64,000 bases of DNA from Tubulanus polymorphus (Eukaryota > Animalia > Nemertea), in contig NC_134031.1 in assembly GCF_964204645.1 (NCBI RefSeq), positions 19,537,910 to 19,601,909 on the forward strand. The letters are read 5' to 3'. Below, piece after piece: positions 51,601 through 64,000 of the stretch. A program made the position numbers and the translations under genes. The notes beneath the pieces are model-generated. The model was given only the letters and a program-made list of their open reading frames with translations. It ran no database searches and was not told the DNA's origin. Each line of letters begins with the position of its first letter. Position 1 is the first letter of the stretch.

Positions 51601-52385
51601 TGCACGAAATGATAAATATAGAGAGGTTCGTAATTACCCCAACAAGTCAAACCGAATTGTTCCGTTGGGGCCGATAATTTGAGTATATCGTGTCTATTAG
51701 CTGCATGGACGTGAAATCTATGCCTTTAAATCTAATATCGTTTCCATCATTGAGCAACATTAATATGGTTCTGGTTCTCGTGATGATTTGTGTTTTGTGA
51801 TCGTCTATTCCGGCGTGTTATATGTAAAAGCTGCAATAAATTCCCAGTTACAATTTTTCCTCCTCGTTTTATATACATGTATACATAGGACGATAATCAC
51901 CTATGTTTCGCGTTGTCTTGAAACGATTCTCTTTAAATATATTCCAGTCGCGCGCTGCGCGGGTGGCTGCAATTTCGGGTTAAAACTTTATCACTAGAAT
52001 TATTTGATTACTGATGATTGATGATATGTGATTCCCCTGTCGTTAGGTCGCGCCTTCCCGTTATATAAAGTATAATTCAAAAGGTTCCTTCCATCACATT
52101 TACATCGAGTTTTCTCTTATGAGGCGCCGAGATGGAATCCAAATTAGTCGATATTTTGCGGAGAAATATGGTCTCAGATGATATATACACATATACAACA
52201 AATCTATCCGCTTTTCGCTCTTTTTACTGAATATGAAGTGGCGATAAAGCTGAACGCAACGAAATCAATAGAAGTTTCAAATGACTAGATGAAATATTGA
52301 TGGGATACGAAGCGGAACACAAATAAACTTCCATGCGTATTCTACCAACCCAGTCGACTCCACATTATCGGTTCTGCCATGGAAT

Positions 52386-52520
52386 CTAAAGCCCGCCGCG
52401 CACACGGCAAAACGTTTTTTTTCACCAAAACAGAAAACACACACACAAAACGTTTTATCGTTTGAGGGTAAAAAGTTTCGTGTTTTCTGTTTTGGTGAAA
52501 AAAAAAAAACGTCTGCGGCC
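52386..52520 (+). mobile_element. Harbinger-like MITE with an internal 24-bp perfect inverted repeat
   Basis: ttttttcaccaaaacagaaaacac / gtgttttctgttttggtgaaaaaa; related to 6089-6281. Confidence 0.65.
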
Positions 52521-53769
52521 ATGGTTCTGTATGTGACGTCACAAAGCGTCTTGTCCGCCAAGTGCGGGTCACTCGCACTTATACTTAGTAACTGCACATC
52601 AGAGAATGATGACGTATATGGACAATAGGCGTGACGTCGGTGCAGATTTAGGACCCTGTTAAAGGACCAGGCCCGGTAGACACCATTTCAATCAAAGTGT
52701 TCTATCGTGAAACCTTCATTCAAACGCGTTATGGTCAGACTTTTGCTTTAGGGCGATACAGAGCAGCAGAACTGGTGCCATCCAGGTTCGGCTGGCATAA
52801 CATTTCAGACAAACGCTGAAAAATTCGTATGAGCCCTTTCCATAATGATATAACTTCGAATAGTATTTTTACATAAGAAAGTCATTTGTTATAGAACAAT
52901 GTACATTGAACTAAATAGACATCTTAATTCTTCTCATTTCAGACCTTAGAAAACAAACACCTGATCCGATGAATGAAAACTCGATGAAGAACATTTTTCT
53001 GGCGACGCTGAATCGGTAGTTTAGAGATAGGTGGACAAATCCATGTACGCTGATCAAAGAAACTGTCGATCGATACGGTGAAGATGGCAGACGATTGAAT
53101 CGATAAAATATCAATAATTACTGAATTACTGCGCATTTTTCTCCCGATTGGACCGAATCACTCAGCTTCCTTTTAATCAGCGGAATAATATCCTGATCTA
53201 GTGGAACTATTTCTATACAAGATGTCTTCGTTTGTTTGATTGATACATCGACTCGCCTGCCGCCGCCCGAGGGAGGAACAGATCAGACCGAGTTAAAACA
53301 ATCCGTTTATTTATATATATTTATTATGCATGTAGGCGTAATTAATGAATATTTCAGTTTCTGCTGCAAGGAATAAAATTCGTTTTTTGTTATAGATAAA
53401 TTGCCGAAGCGAAAGCAACCCGATTGTTTCCATGGAAATGATCGGTCGTAAAAATCAGGAAACGTAATCAATTTAGATTTTTCGGAGTTTCCTCCGTTCT
53501 GTTACGTTCACATCGTTGTATCCGAATGCGAGCAATTTTTGTGATCGGGATTATGTATATCTGATCAGCCCGACTGTCTTCAAGAAACGATAAAACATTT
53601 CTCTCGAGGCCCATTTCGGTGATTGTACACGCAGACATATAGACTACAGTGAATTCGTTCAAAGCGTTTTGTCCGTATTTACATGTATAAGTATGTAAGA
53701 TGGTCGCTAGTCGCTAGTCGCTTTTCGTGATTTCTAAACTTGAAAAAGTTCGTAAACGAAACGCCCGAG

Positions 53770-55056
53770 ATGGATATGTACGCGCGGATTATAGTCCTAC
53801 TATGGATAAGTCTAGTCGACGGATTTCGGACTCACGGCAAGTCGATCTGTCCGCAAACGTTCGTGTGTATTTGTATCAGTAGCCGCAAATACGACCCGTA
53901 CGGACCCGAGGAAGCTCTGGTCGACTGCTCGAGTATGAGTCTGATCACCGTGCCGCCGTTCCGCGATTTCGAAGGAATCGTCATCAAGGAAATTCTCTTC
54001 AATAACAACAAGATTAAACACATCAATGCTCGAGCGTTCGCCGGTTTAAACATTTCGCTGATCAGTTTCTCCAACAACCCGTTATCGCACATCGCTCCGA
54101 ACTCTTTCGAAGGTATTCACGGCTTGACGACGCTGATGTTCGGCGGATGCAGTTTGTCAGATTTTCCGAACATTTTTCGCTACACGCCCGAAATCGTCGA
54201 TTTGTCGATCGACAGGAACAACATCACGTACATCAGTCCGGGCACGTTCCAACCGCTCAAAAAACTGCACTTTCTCGACTTGAGTCGAAACCCGGTGCTA
54301 TTTCACGATCATATTTTCGGCGGTTTGGAGGAGTCGCTTCGAGACTTGAAATTGAACGGTATGGGTCTCAAATACATTCCCGTGAACGCCATCAAACGTT
54401 TGAAGCACATCGATAATCTAGAACTGCAGGACAATCTGTTCACTAAACTGACCAAGGATACGTTCAACGGTTTACCGAAAAATCGTTTCACTCATTACAT
54501 TTTCGATCGTAACGGAATCCGACATATCGACCCGGACGCGTTCCGGGATCACCCGACCCCGATCTATCTCGACCTTCACGGAAATAAACTAAAACGCCTG
54601 GATTTTATCGAGGAGCCGTGCCATTTTCAGTCTTCCGTTATTCACCTTCACGGAAACCCGATTCACTGCGACTGTAGAATCTACAACCTGACCAAATACC
54701 AACAAATAACTCTACACGGCGACTGCGCCACGCCCACTAAATACCGGAAATTACCGATCGCTCACGAACCCGAGTTACACGGTAAACACGGCAGCAGGCG
54801 CTCGTTCGCATCGTTCGCGGCCGCTGAATGCGGCGACCCTCACCCGGAGGAACGCATTCGGTGTCCGTGCCACCACGAAGAACCGATCGAACTACTCGAC
54901 GAGCACGACAAACAACATATGCATCAAATGTCGTGTAATAATTACGTACTAGTGGAAGCGAACGAACAGAGTTTAAACCGGGCTGGAAACAACTATGTTT
55001 TCTCTATGGCAGCGGTGTTGGTATTACTGGCATCGATGTTAGCGACCACCAGTTGA
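53770..55056 (+). CDS. Extracellular leucine-rich repeat protein, signal peptide and probable GPI anchor, 428 aa
   Basis: First ATG 53770 (the ORF track starts at an upstream TTG). Signal peptide MDMYARIIVLLWISLVDG; LRRNT CPQTFVCIC..VDCS; ~9 typical LRRs (e.g. LHFLDLSRNPV, LRDLKLNGMGL, IDNLELQDNLF); LRRCT GNPIHCDC..C; His/Glu-rich segment; hydrophobic C-terminus with no cytoplasmic tail. Confidence 0.92.
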   Translation: MDMYARIIVLLWISLVDGFRTHGKSICPQTFVCICISSRKYDPYGPEEALVDCSSMSLITVPPFRDFEGIVIKEILFNNNKIKHINARAFAGLNISLISFSNNPLSHIAPNSFEGIHGLTTLMFGGCSLSDFPNIFRYTPEIVDLSIDRNNITYISPGTFQPLKKLHFLDLSRNPVLFHDHIFGGLEESLRDLKLNGMGLKYIPVNAIKRLKHIDNLELQDNLFTKLTKDTFNGLPKNRFTHYIFDRNGIRHIDPDAFRDHPTPIYLDLHGNKLKRLDFIEEPCHFQSSVIHLHGNPIHCDCRIYNLTKYQQITLHGDCATPTKYRKLPIAHEPELHGKHGSRRSFASFAAAECGDPHPEERIRCPCHHEEPIELLDEHDKQHMHQMSCNNYVLVEANEQSLNRAGNNYVFSMAAVLVLLASMLATTS

Positions 55057-56950
55057 GACTATATGTGTGTACTGTGATGTAACTGGATTAAACGATTTAC
55101 AATTCATTCTCAGTAATGGTATTACATACGTCGTCTTCAGTATACAGAGATACACGTACATTATTTCTCTTCATAAGATGGTCTACACGCGGGATTATGG
55201 TATAAACATCGTCTGATAAGTCCCGAGTTGGGCGCAATGTCTATAATAGACACGAGCGATTTATGCGCAGTTTTAGCGTCGCTCTGCGATATCACAGTAA
55301 CGAGAAATGAAATAACCGTTTAATTCCGGTGCTATTCCCTTGTCTCCTAGGATGGACCCGGGCGCATTTTGCGGTTAAAGTAAGCCGTGTATTTTTGTCG
55401 TCGCCAACTCTAGGAAACTGGCACCGAACGAATCTGCCCCGAGTGTTTTCGTGATTGAGAGGAATTAAAAAGTGTCCCAGTTCACGTTGAGCATCGAAAA
55501 TCGAATTGAAGTGTAGCTGAGCCTGTGCGTGTTTTATGTGAGTTTGATATTCCTGAACAGATGTATACACATTGTGCATAGCTCGGCCTTATAAAACAAC
55601 TTAAACAGAAATCTAACATTGATAACATGTAATAATTTCGTGAGTTTCTGTTCGTTTTTTTTTTGTTAGTTTGTGTAAATGATATGTGTATTTACAGCGA
55701 TTGTATTGGGGCAAATTGAAGTAAACCTTGAATCAAAATTGATTATGATGTTACCGTGTATCGGTTGAGAATTTACGAAGGGTCGATCTTTATAAGTAAT
55801 TGCGACGGAGTTTATCAGATCGATTCGGACACAAGGAAGGGCTTTCCCTCAATCCGGGGTGCTCATTGATTCATTGATTTATTTGCTAATATATTATTAA
55901 TGGTGTGTATAGAGTTTCTGTTTTTGGTCAATATGCCAAAAATACAGTCATATTCAATGTGTGTGTGATTGAAATCATTGTAAATAGAAGAAGATAAAAT
56001 AGATTGATTGAAATAATGTCAAAATAATCCAAGTGTAAATAGCGTTTCGATGATATCAATCTTTTGGATTTTGTTTTTAACGATGGTCTTGGGACCAAAG
56101 ATGTGTGTACGCTTTTTTATGTTGATGTATGGGGATGAAATTGCAAGCTCAATCCTAAATGTAGCAAAATTAGTCCGCAATGTACATGTACTAATTAGAC
56201 CAAGTAGGACCTTTGTCTCATTTCGCAAAATGCGGCGTTTTCTTACCCAAACAATTTGAATTCCTTATCGTCAATGAAGAATGGTTTTTAATATGTTAGT
56301 ATGATGATAAGCGTTCCAATTTGATCGTTTTAGAATATTTCCACGATAATAGTATTTTTGTACGGACGCGCGTAGCCAAAGATCACTTGTATGAAATATG
56401 CAAATTCAACTCTAGTACAAACCGATGCATACGCCATCTGTCGGAATACAAGCCACCGTCTTCATTATTCGCAAGAAAAGCCGTTTCTACGATTCAAAAT
56501 CAAGAATTGATAAAGCGTTTGAATTATATGATTCATAAGGCTTTATGTTCATAAATTTTGTACATAATCAAAATTGTGCTTTCTTTATTTTTAATATTGA
56601 CATGTACGGTTTTAAATCTTCTAATCAAGAATGGTTTCATTCACGATTTTAAAACGTTCGAATCGATAGAAATGACGTATAGGTCTGAATTACTATCGGT
56701 TCGTCAGTAACGATGTAAATAATGGTTTCATAATTAAGACTTTATTAAGGGTTATTGCGGATTTGTTCTTTGAAATCAGACATCCATTCAATGACCTGAA
56801 AGACACTTTGTCGTACATGTATAGATGATTGCTGTAAATACGCCCTAAGAATGACGCCTCCTAGCTATTAACTTTTGTACACATAATAACTTTAGATTAT
56901 GTTAAAATTGTAATAAAAATAAAATTCGATGTATCCGTCTTAAATAAAAA
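55057..56950 (+). promoter_or_regulatory. Probable ~1.9-kb 3'UTR of the LRR gene with five Pumilio elements and polyA signals
   Basis: TGTAHATA at 55979, 56034, 56559, 56714, 56833; AATAAA cluster at 56912-56950 followed by a T-rich tract. Confidence 0.6.
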
Positions 56951-57095
56951 AGTTTTTTGTTACTATTTCCCTGGGATAAAGAATCTCTGCTACTTTGAGC
57001 GTTTATGGATATTCCATCGTTAAAAGCGGCTCATTTGGTTTTTCGTAATGCGGAGGTCCAAGTCCACACAGACCTGAAGTAGTCCACGGTGCTCT

Positions 57096-57376
57096 TCGAG
57101 GATCCACCAGCTTCGCTAGTCTTCATCCGAACAACGATTCCGAATTTCTTCTCACATTAGATTATAATCTATCCATGATGACTCGATTTCTACGAGTGAT
57201 GAATAACAATTCTGCTATATTCGAACCCTAAAAATCACTCCGAATCTATCAGTAGTGTCATCAAGAGACGTGATTTGTCGATGTTTTATGTTGAAGGCTA
57301 AAACGAGTTTCAAGGATGCTGATTGAGTTGATGCACACGCCATCTAGCGGGATAGCTGGTGGTACGGGGTCTCATC
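57096..57376 (+). mobile_element. Family B repeat, diverged copy
   Basis: cgaggatccaccagcttcgctagt head and cacgccatctagcgggatagctggt tail. Confidence 0.65.
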
Positions 57377-60300
57377 AGCTTTGTGAATTTAACCTAGATA
57401 GGATGTGTTGAAAAATTCACGTTCGAAAGAATAAACAACTTCATGAACGGATCTAAGCTAAGGGGTTTTCAGGGGAAGGGTATTTTTTCTGGTGTCTGGG
57501 CCCTGTCTTTCCATTGCTCTCGGAAATTGCATATTTCTTCAAACGTTCTTGCTCCATAAAAACTAGCTAATGTCTGGAATGACAAACACGTTCGCCATCT
57601 ACCGGAAAATGACGTCTCTATCTAATTCATTTTTCTTTATTGACCAAAATAATAAAAGAACTTGAACAAAATCGATAAGAAAATCAAAATATCGAAATCC
57701 CACATTTTTGTAGTAATTTAATTGCTTCAATGGTGCAAACCAAAGAAATGAAAATGTTCGCGAAATGAAAAAAGAATTGGCTAAGTATATCTTACCTTGA
57801 GAAGATCTTATTCAGAATATGGAAAACGATTCTAGATGTATTTATACATATATATAGAATAATGCTTAGATTCAATAATGCTTGAATTTTTATTGTAGTC
57901 CATCGTGAGGGGCGGAATATAGGTACAGGTCTAGACAGGAGAGGGAGGGGTGAAGAATTGGTCGTTCGCGCCCAGGTCCCCCTGTCCCTATTGAACCTAT
58001 CCAGGATCAGTATGAATATTGCGATACTGTTGTTTATATGTTGCCGATGGCGGCGACTCATCGCCATCCTGGTGTGTGTGTCGATTATAGCTGTCACGCT
58101 AATATAAACACGCTTTGACATCTCGGCTAAACCCGCAGATGATGCGAAGCGCTTCTGAATCATAATTAGATTCGAGTGAGGTCGGCAATAATAGCTACGA
58201 TAATGAGCTACTTCGTTATATGAATGGGTTATTAATGCGGTTTATTTGATGTAATTCTCGTCGCGATTGCGGCCAAATTACCGCCAATATTACGGTGAGG
58301 CCAAGCGGAAGAATACAACATTCGGTGACGTTGGTTAGTTTTCCGCGCTGTACCCCCGTCATACCGCATCAATCAGAGAATCCTCTACGCATTATCACGG
58401 TTGTTAATAACATCAAGGGCTGTTAGCAACTTGAGACGGTCTTAATTGTACGAAAAGTTCGATCGTAACTGTTCTCAAATCTTATATCTGGTTTCAAAAA
58501 GCTAAATTCCTCGCGAATTTGGCAGGGATTCAGAATTTCGAAATGAATACAGGCATGAAATAAGGGCCACGGAAAAATGAAGTACGATCTTATATCCATC
58601 TTATTCCGTTGTTTCTGAAAAGAATTTTAGTGCTCTTCTATGGACAGGATTCTGAACATTATGACATACATAAGATATCAACTGGGAGACCTAGATGAGA
58701 AAAAAAAACGATTTATAAACGTAGATTAAGTCTTTATACGTGGCTTTCATTTAGAAAACCCGGCTGTAGACAATCTGTTGATCGGGTATCTGCGAAAATG
58801 AAAACATTTGGTGCCGATGTGAGATTCGAGTTTAGATTACAAAACTCACGCTTCAAGACAATCGACTCTCGGCGCAGTCGTTTCAATATCGCGATTACAA
58901 AACAACACGAACTACGATTCACCTAAACCCACGCATGCCACAGCTGCTGTCTCGCTATATGTCGTCGTGATTTGCTTGTGTGTGTGTGATTAATTTAAGA
59001 TTTTTCAGATATATGTACAATTTCTATTGAGATGGTTTGATAAACGTTCCATATTGAAGAACAATAAACAGTTTTCCTGTTACGAACACCCTGCGCAAAA
59101 CTGCCATTGTTTTATTCACTGGTGGTGCACCGTGGATTCTTATGTTAGCTGGCTGTTCATCTAAATATTTAGGAGTTCAAATTATTTTGTCGAAACCGAT
59201 TTGGTCTAAATTGTAAAATTGGTGGTCTGTTGTTTTTTTTTAAAGAGCTAAGTGAGAAATAAAAAAAAATTAAAACTTGAGTTTCCAAAAGTATTTAAAT
59301 TTGGATGCTTTTCGCCTTGAGGTCAGTAAGTATAAAAAAAATCAATCTAACAGAAAATTCGTACCTAAAAATATTGCACGTGGGGCAATATATTTCAATT
59401 CAGGTTTAATGAAGGTTTGATAGGTTATTAGTGGGTAAAACTAGACGGTTATAAAACAGCGCCATCTAGCGTTCATATCGTGAACCACAGTCCTCCGCTT
59501 GCTGCTTGTAATTTCTAGTCACGTGTGATAGCCATCGGGAAACAAGCGGAGCGCTTACAGCAGCGTAAAACGATTTAAAAGCATCATTACTGGACTGATT
59601 TGCCTCGTCGTCTAAAATTCCCGAACATTGCAGACCGTCTGTTTGCGCCAAGGGGGGGGGGGGGTGGTGGGGACTAGGGTCGTATGTCTATCTCTTCCAT
59701 CCGGAACGTCATAACAAGAAATATCATTTCATACTTTACCACACAAATATAAAAAGTGGTCATGGAAGCATTGAAGCAAAGGTATTTCTAGGAGATGTCG
59801 AATGTGTTACGCACTAAACAATGATTGCTGTAATTGTGTATGAAGCTCATACGTATTCATTCATCAGTGCAGTAAATAGACTCCTATTGCATATGGAAAC
59901 TAAATCGCCCTCCCTTTGAACGCTTTGCGAATGAATTATGCCGCTAAGATGCGCTCGTTTGCCACTTTAAATTTCCCTAACGAACGTGACCTGCGTGGAA
60001 ACGTCTAAAACGAGAACTCATGAAATATTGAACAGGAAAAACTGCCACGACGACGCTTGCGTGAGAAAGGAGCGCCGTAACGGAAAGTATTACCGTCATT
60101 TAGTCGTCTGAAAGACGTAGAACTCCGTCACACCGGAACGAACAAATGGAGTTCGCTTAATTCGATCTGGAGAACACCTCCTCGTGGGCTCATTACAGCA
60201 ATTATCATGCTTAATCAGTCCGACGGAAAAGACATGTTAATTGACCCAGGGGAATGATGGAAGAAACTTCAATACGTAGAAAAAGTCGTGTCAGTTTTGA

Positions 60301-60516
60301 TGACTCCGTTTCATGGCTGTCGTCGTCATCGTGTTCATTAGTCAAAAGTTGATACAAAACAAACACAAGTTGATGTCATTATTGACATGTATACTTAATA
60401 CATTAAATACACACAAGAACCTACTGTAGAAAACTGTTTAACCTTTATTAGAGTACAAAAGTAAAATTTAATGCATAACTGCTTCGGATTTTGAGTAAAA
60501 TCCATAAGATCCACAA

Positions 60517-60689
60517 ACCACGATCACACGGAGACGAGTTGTCGCGGGTCAAATCGGAAACGGATCAGCTGGTCAAATTTGGCTCGGGCCTGGTTCAAAG
60601 GTTTTGGTCGGGAGCCCATTGGCACCGGTGTAAACAGTTGTTCCGGCCCAAATTTGGCACGGGCCTAAAAATGCTGGTGTGATCGCGGC
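60517..60689 (+). mobile_element. Family D MITE, internally deleted copy
   Basis: accacgatcacacgg..tttggctcgggcctgg..aatgctggtgtgatcgcggc. Confidence 0.75.
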
Positions 60690-62367
60690 TATAAGCACCT
60701 ATAACAACTAGTTATCCAGAAGTCCTAACGCTATCACAGGGGAATCGTTTGATGAAGAACTAACTCGGTTTCATTGTGTAAATCTCGGTTAGTTAATAAT
60801 GGTTGGTTTTATCATGGTTTTATCCACTTAACGTCGTGTGAGCGCGATCTTCATTATCTCGTTGTTGAATCAATTTATCAGACTCAAGGCGCTAATAATC
60901 GAATTCATCTCCATTAATCTAAAACCAGTCACACACACACACACAGCGCTCGTAACGCGTTATTTCAATGCAGTATCTCTCAATATCGATGCCGATGATC
61001 GTTTTTCAACCGAGCTCTCGTTGATTGTATCTTATACTTCGTCATTTCGCGTCGTTACTTCGTCTCGGTAATTTTTCTCTCGATCGTTCGAAGGAACCTC
61101 GCTCCGTATCCATTCTCGTTAACCTCATCTACATTTATAGGAACCTCAACGCGTAATCACTGTGAAATTGACTCCGCAATCAACCCCTCTCTGCGCCTCG
61201 GATAGACACCATTTCAACGAATACAATTTGTAATACATCTCTGAGATAAAAGAGGTTTTATTTTCTGCTTTCGCCAAAGAAGAACACTGGTAACAATCTC
61301 GATTTCTCGAAACTTGATTAGGTTTGTTTGTTCAATTTGACGCATTTATCACAGATTTCCAGTTTCAATTTGAACCGTTAAACCTCAGGAAATCGGCTGA
61401 CGTATTGACGTAGGCGGCCATCAGAACTATCGGCGGAGTCGTCTACAGACTGTCAAAACATGAATAGAACGCCACTCGTTCGCACGAAAATTATTCCGAA
61501 TTTCCTCTAGTTTCAATCGAAGGTTTTATTCTAATGCGTATATCAATGACACGCAGAACAGGAACTTCAGGATTTCAATAATTCGCAAATGATTTTAAAA
61601 TAGGCCAATATGACGTGTCGGATTAAATACTACGGTTTCGTTGTTGATGTGAACATCTGACGGTGTTTTAAGAGATACGGTTGTTTCGTTTTTGACATCG
61701 ACACTGGAATCATCTCTTGTTTCGCTGATTAAATCGAGCCGCGGGATCCGCCGCTAAAAGCTGCTTTGTAAAAAATCGCTCTTCGGCGCTGTATGAATTT
61801 TAATCTAATAAAGGGTTATCGGTCGGTGCACGAATAGCCCTCTGTACATACGCTTTCCTTTCACACTCTTTCAAAAAATTCCCCCGTTCGAAAACAAAGG
61901 CATCCCTCGATGATACGAAACAAATTGAAATTAAATCCTATTTTCATTTGAAATTAATTTCTGTAAAGGGGAAATTACGATCACTTATGAATTGCAACAC
62001 GCGAAGTCAATGAAGCGCCATCGTCGACTATTGTCGGCGGTCCTTGTCCAAACAACGTCAATAATCTCGTTGACGTTTCATTGTTTGTCGTGATGCGAAC
62101 GACAGAGCGCCGGCCGCCTCCGATGGTCGTTTGTTGAATATGGACGGCTCCGTGCCGGATTTTCCGAACGCAGGTTTAACCGTCTAATTTATCGGTCATT
62201 AATACGAGATTTCGACTAATTAAGAACGAATATGATGTTTGACGACGGCTACCGTTCACACGAGAACTCGATCCTGAACGGAAACTGTTGAAGGCTGATT
62301 CTCAAAAGCTAGAAAGCATGATCGTCGCAGCCTTCTACATGGGCAGTAAGCCTATAAACCACCCATA

Positions 62368-62570
62368 CAGTCAAAGTCCGTTATAACGCTACCATCCTTT
62401 TTAATGCCACTGCTTTCTTAATGCCAAATGTTTTTTCTTCAGAAAACAAATTTGTGCTCAATCTAACTTAAATTCAATGAAAATATAAGTCTTTATAACG
62501 ATGCAAATTTCGTTTTAACGTCATATTTTTCATTGATCTTAACGGTTTAGCACTATAAAGCACTTTACTA
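62368..62570. mobile_element. Tc1/mariner (pogo-like) MITE with TA TSD
   Basis: ta|cagtcaaagtccgttataacg ... cactataaagcactttacta|ta; internal ttataacg repeats. Confidence 0.6.
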
Positions 62571-63085
62571 TATGAATTGAAACACAGTATTAGTCAATTT
62601 ATGCAGGGATGTACTAACAACAAATTAGTGTTTGCAGATTCAATATATTTGACAAATTGAAATAAAAAGTGCTAAACAACTATGCATGAGCGGACAATGA
62701 TTTTAATGCTATCGTTGTTGCTTGTTTTGAGGGATTTGTTCCTCATTCTATTCATAGATTGGTTAGGTAATGATGATTGTGTGAATACATCGCTTTTCGC
62801 GGGAGCAAATACAGAATAATGAAGTTCAATTTATTCCGAAGAAAAGAGAAAATCTCCAAGTTTGAACCTCGATGTTGAAGATAAACATTTATTTATTGTA
62901 TTGAAACAGATTCGGTGGAATTCCTTCAACTAGTATCTAATCATCAAAATCTATTTGGAAGGTTCAAAACCTGTTCAATCATGCATCTAGACGTTAGTTT
63001 AGGAAATCTGTTAAACCTCGAAAAATCAATGATTCGAAAATGATTCATTCGGTCTAAACGTCACTTAGGCCTATACTCTCTTATT

Positions 63086-63176
63086 TTTGAAAATGGCTCA
63101 TAGAATTGAGTACTTCAATATTGTTGTTTTTTCATCAATTGAATTGTATAGACAGTCACTTGCCTACGGAAACCAA
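63086..63176 (+). repeat. Dispersed repeat (family H)
   Basis: Matches 24420-24532. Confidence 0.65.
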
Positions 63177-64000
63177 CACGAATTGACGAGACGTTGATAT
63201 TTTTTCATGATAAAAAAAGCAATAAATCGATGTCGATATCGGAGACTTTATTACACCAATGTATACGCATATTGTGATGAAATGTACACGTCGTATAGCA
63301 GTGGCACGTATGATTCACTGATGCACGAATGAGCAGCAATAAATATATTGACACTCATGTAAATTATATGTACGTGTTTTATGATTAACAATGAATTAGA
63401 GGGCATCCATCCACCCTTCTTTAGAGGGTATTCCCTCTATCTCTTAGGGCTCGGGCTCCTCGTCAAATATGTAAATTTTCAATTAATATGTAGTAATCAA
63501 AATGCTCATGTTCATATATTTGAGTTAAATAAATTCATTCGTCAAATTGCATCGAATTGAATTCACTATTGTAAGTTCTAACGGATGGATCGGTGTATAC
63601 AATAAATTGTATTGAATTGACGGCGCATTTTCTGTCGAGATTGCTGTCAGTATGACTCTGATTTCGCCGCGACTATTTCCGAAGATTTCTTTTGTTTTCA
63701 GTTTTACATTTCTCGAGGTTTTACAAGATCGAGAACACGTTGCGGAAAATCTGTGGCACACAACACTCCGATAGTGAACGCATCTGTGACAACGTCACTT
63801 TTTGTCATCGGAATAAATAGAAAAAAAGACGACGTTAGAAACATATCAGTCAAAATACCGCAGCTGTTCTGAAGCGAATAATTTGATCAATCTTTTTCTA
63901 ATAACGACCCACGTGCCGGTGTCTTTCAACATCACGTTTCGCACAAAATAGAGAGCGCGCTATTTCGTTAAGATACTGCCCCCAGACACGCTCGTTCTGT

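Noticed and set aside
11100-53700. Many 60-128 aa ORFs in the intergenic region (e.g. 34153-34527, 39042-39428)
   Set aside because: No recognisable domains, many start at non-ATG codons and no consistent exon chain was found; a short or divergent gene cannot be excluded without RNA data.
53740-53769. N-terminal 10 codons of the 438-aa ORF
   Set aside because: Starts at TTG; the first ATG (53770) directly precedes the signal peptide.
11100-64000. Conserved bilaterian miRNA, snRNA or rRNA genes
   Set aside because: No match to mature sequences I recall; bantam-like seeds (4725, 23079) lack the rest of the sequence. An Rfam/MirGeneDB search would be decisive.

Overview
Eukaryotic genomic DNA from a bilaterian invertebrate (probably a spiralian; inferred from gene content, short GT-AG introns, repeat types and lack of obvious CpG depletion). 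Four protein-coding genes, all on +: (1) the 3' part of a spliced GON-domain + 2x EGF gene (452-2483); (2) a 3-coding-exon non-muscle/smooth-type myosin II regulatory light chain (4596-6575); (3) an intronless FMRFamide-receptor-like class A orphan GPCR (9591-10646); (4) a secreted, probably GPI-anchored LRR protein (53770-55056) with a long AU-rich 3'UTR. About 43 kb between the GPCR and LRR genes and the last ~7 kb contain no coding sequence I can recognise, but carry many small MITEs/SINEs. Most notable: Penelope-type minimal hammerhead ribozyme motifs (an intact-looking copy inside a ~100-bp inverted repeat at 30.3-30.6 kb, and a tandem 69-bp array of them antisense in the myosin light-chain intron); a family of CATCC-ended, 9-bp-TSD MITEs whose arms carry tRNA-like Pol III boxes; a dense AP-1/ARE motif field (17 TGASTCA in 12.5-25.9 kb); five Pumilio elements in the LRR 3'UTR; and a dispersed repeat carrying CTCF-like sites. 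All counts and alignments were done by eye; no database searches were run.
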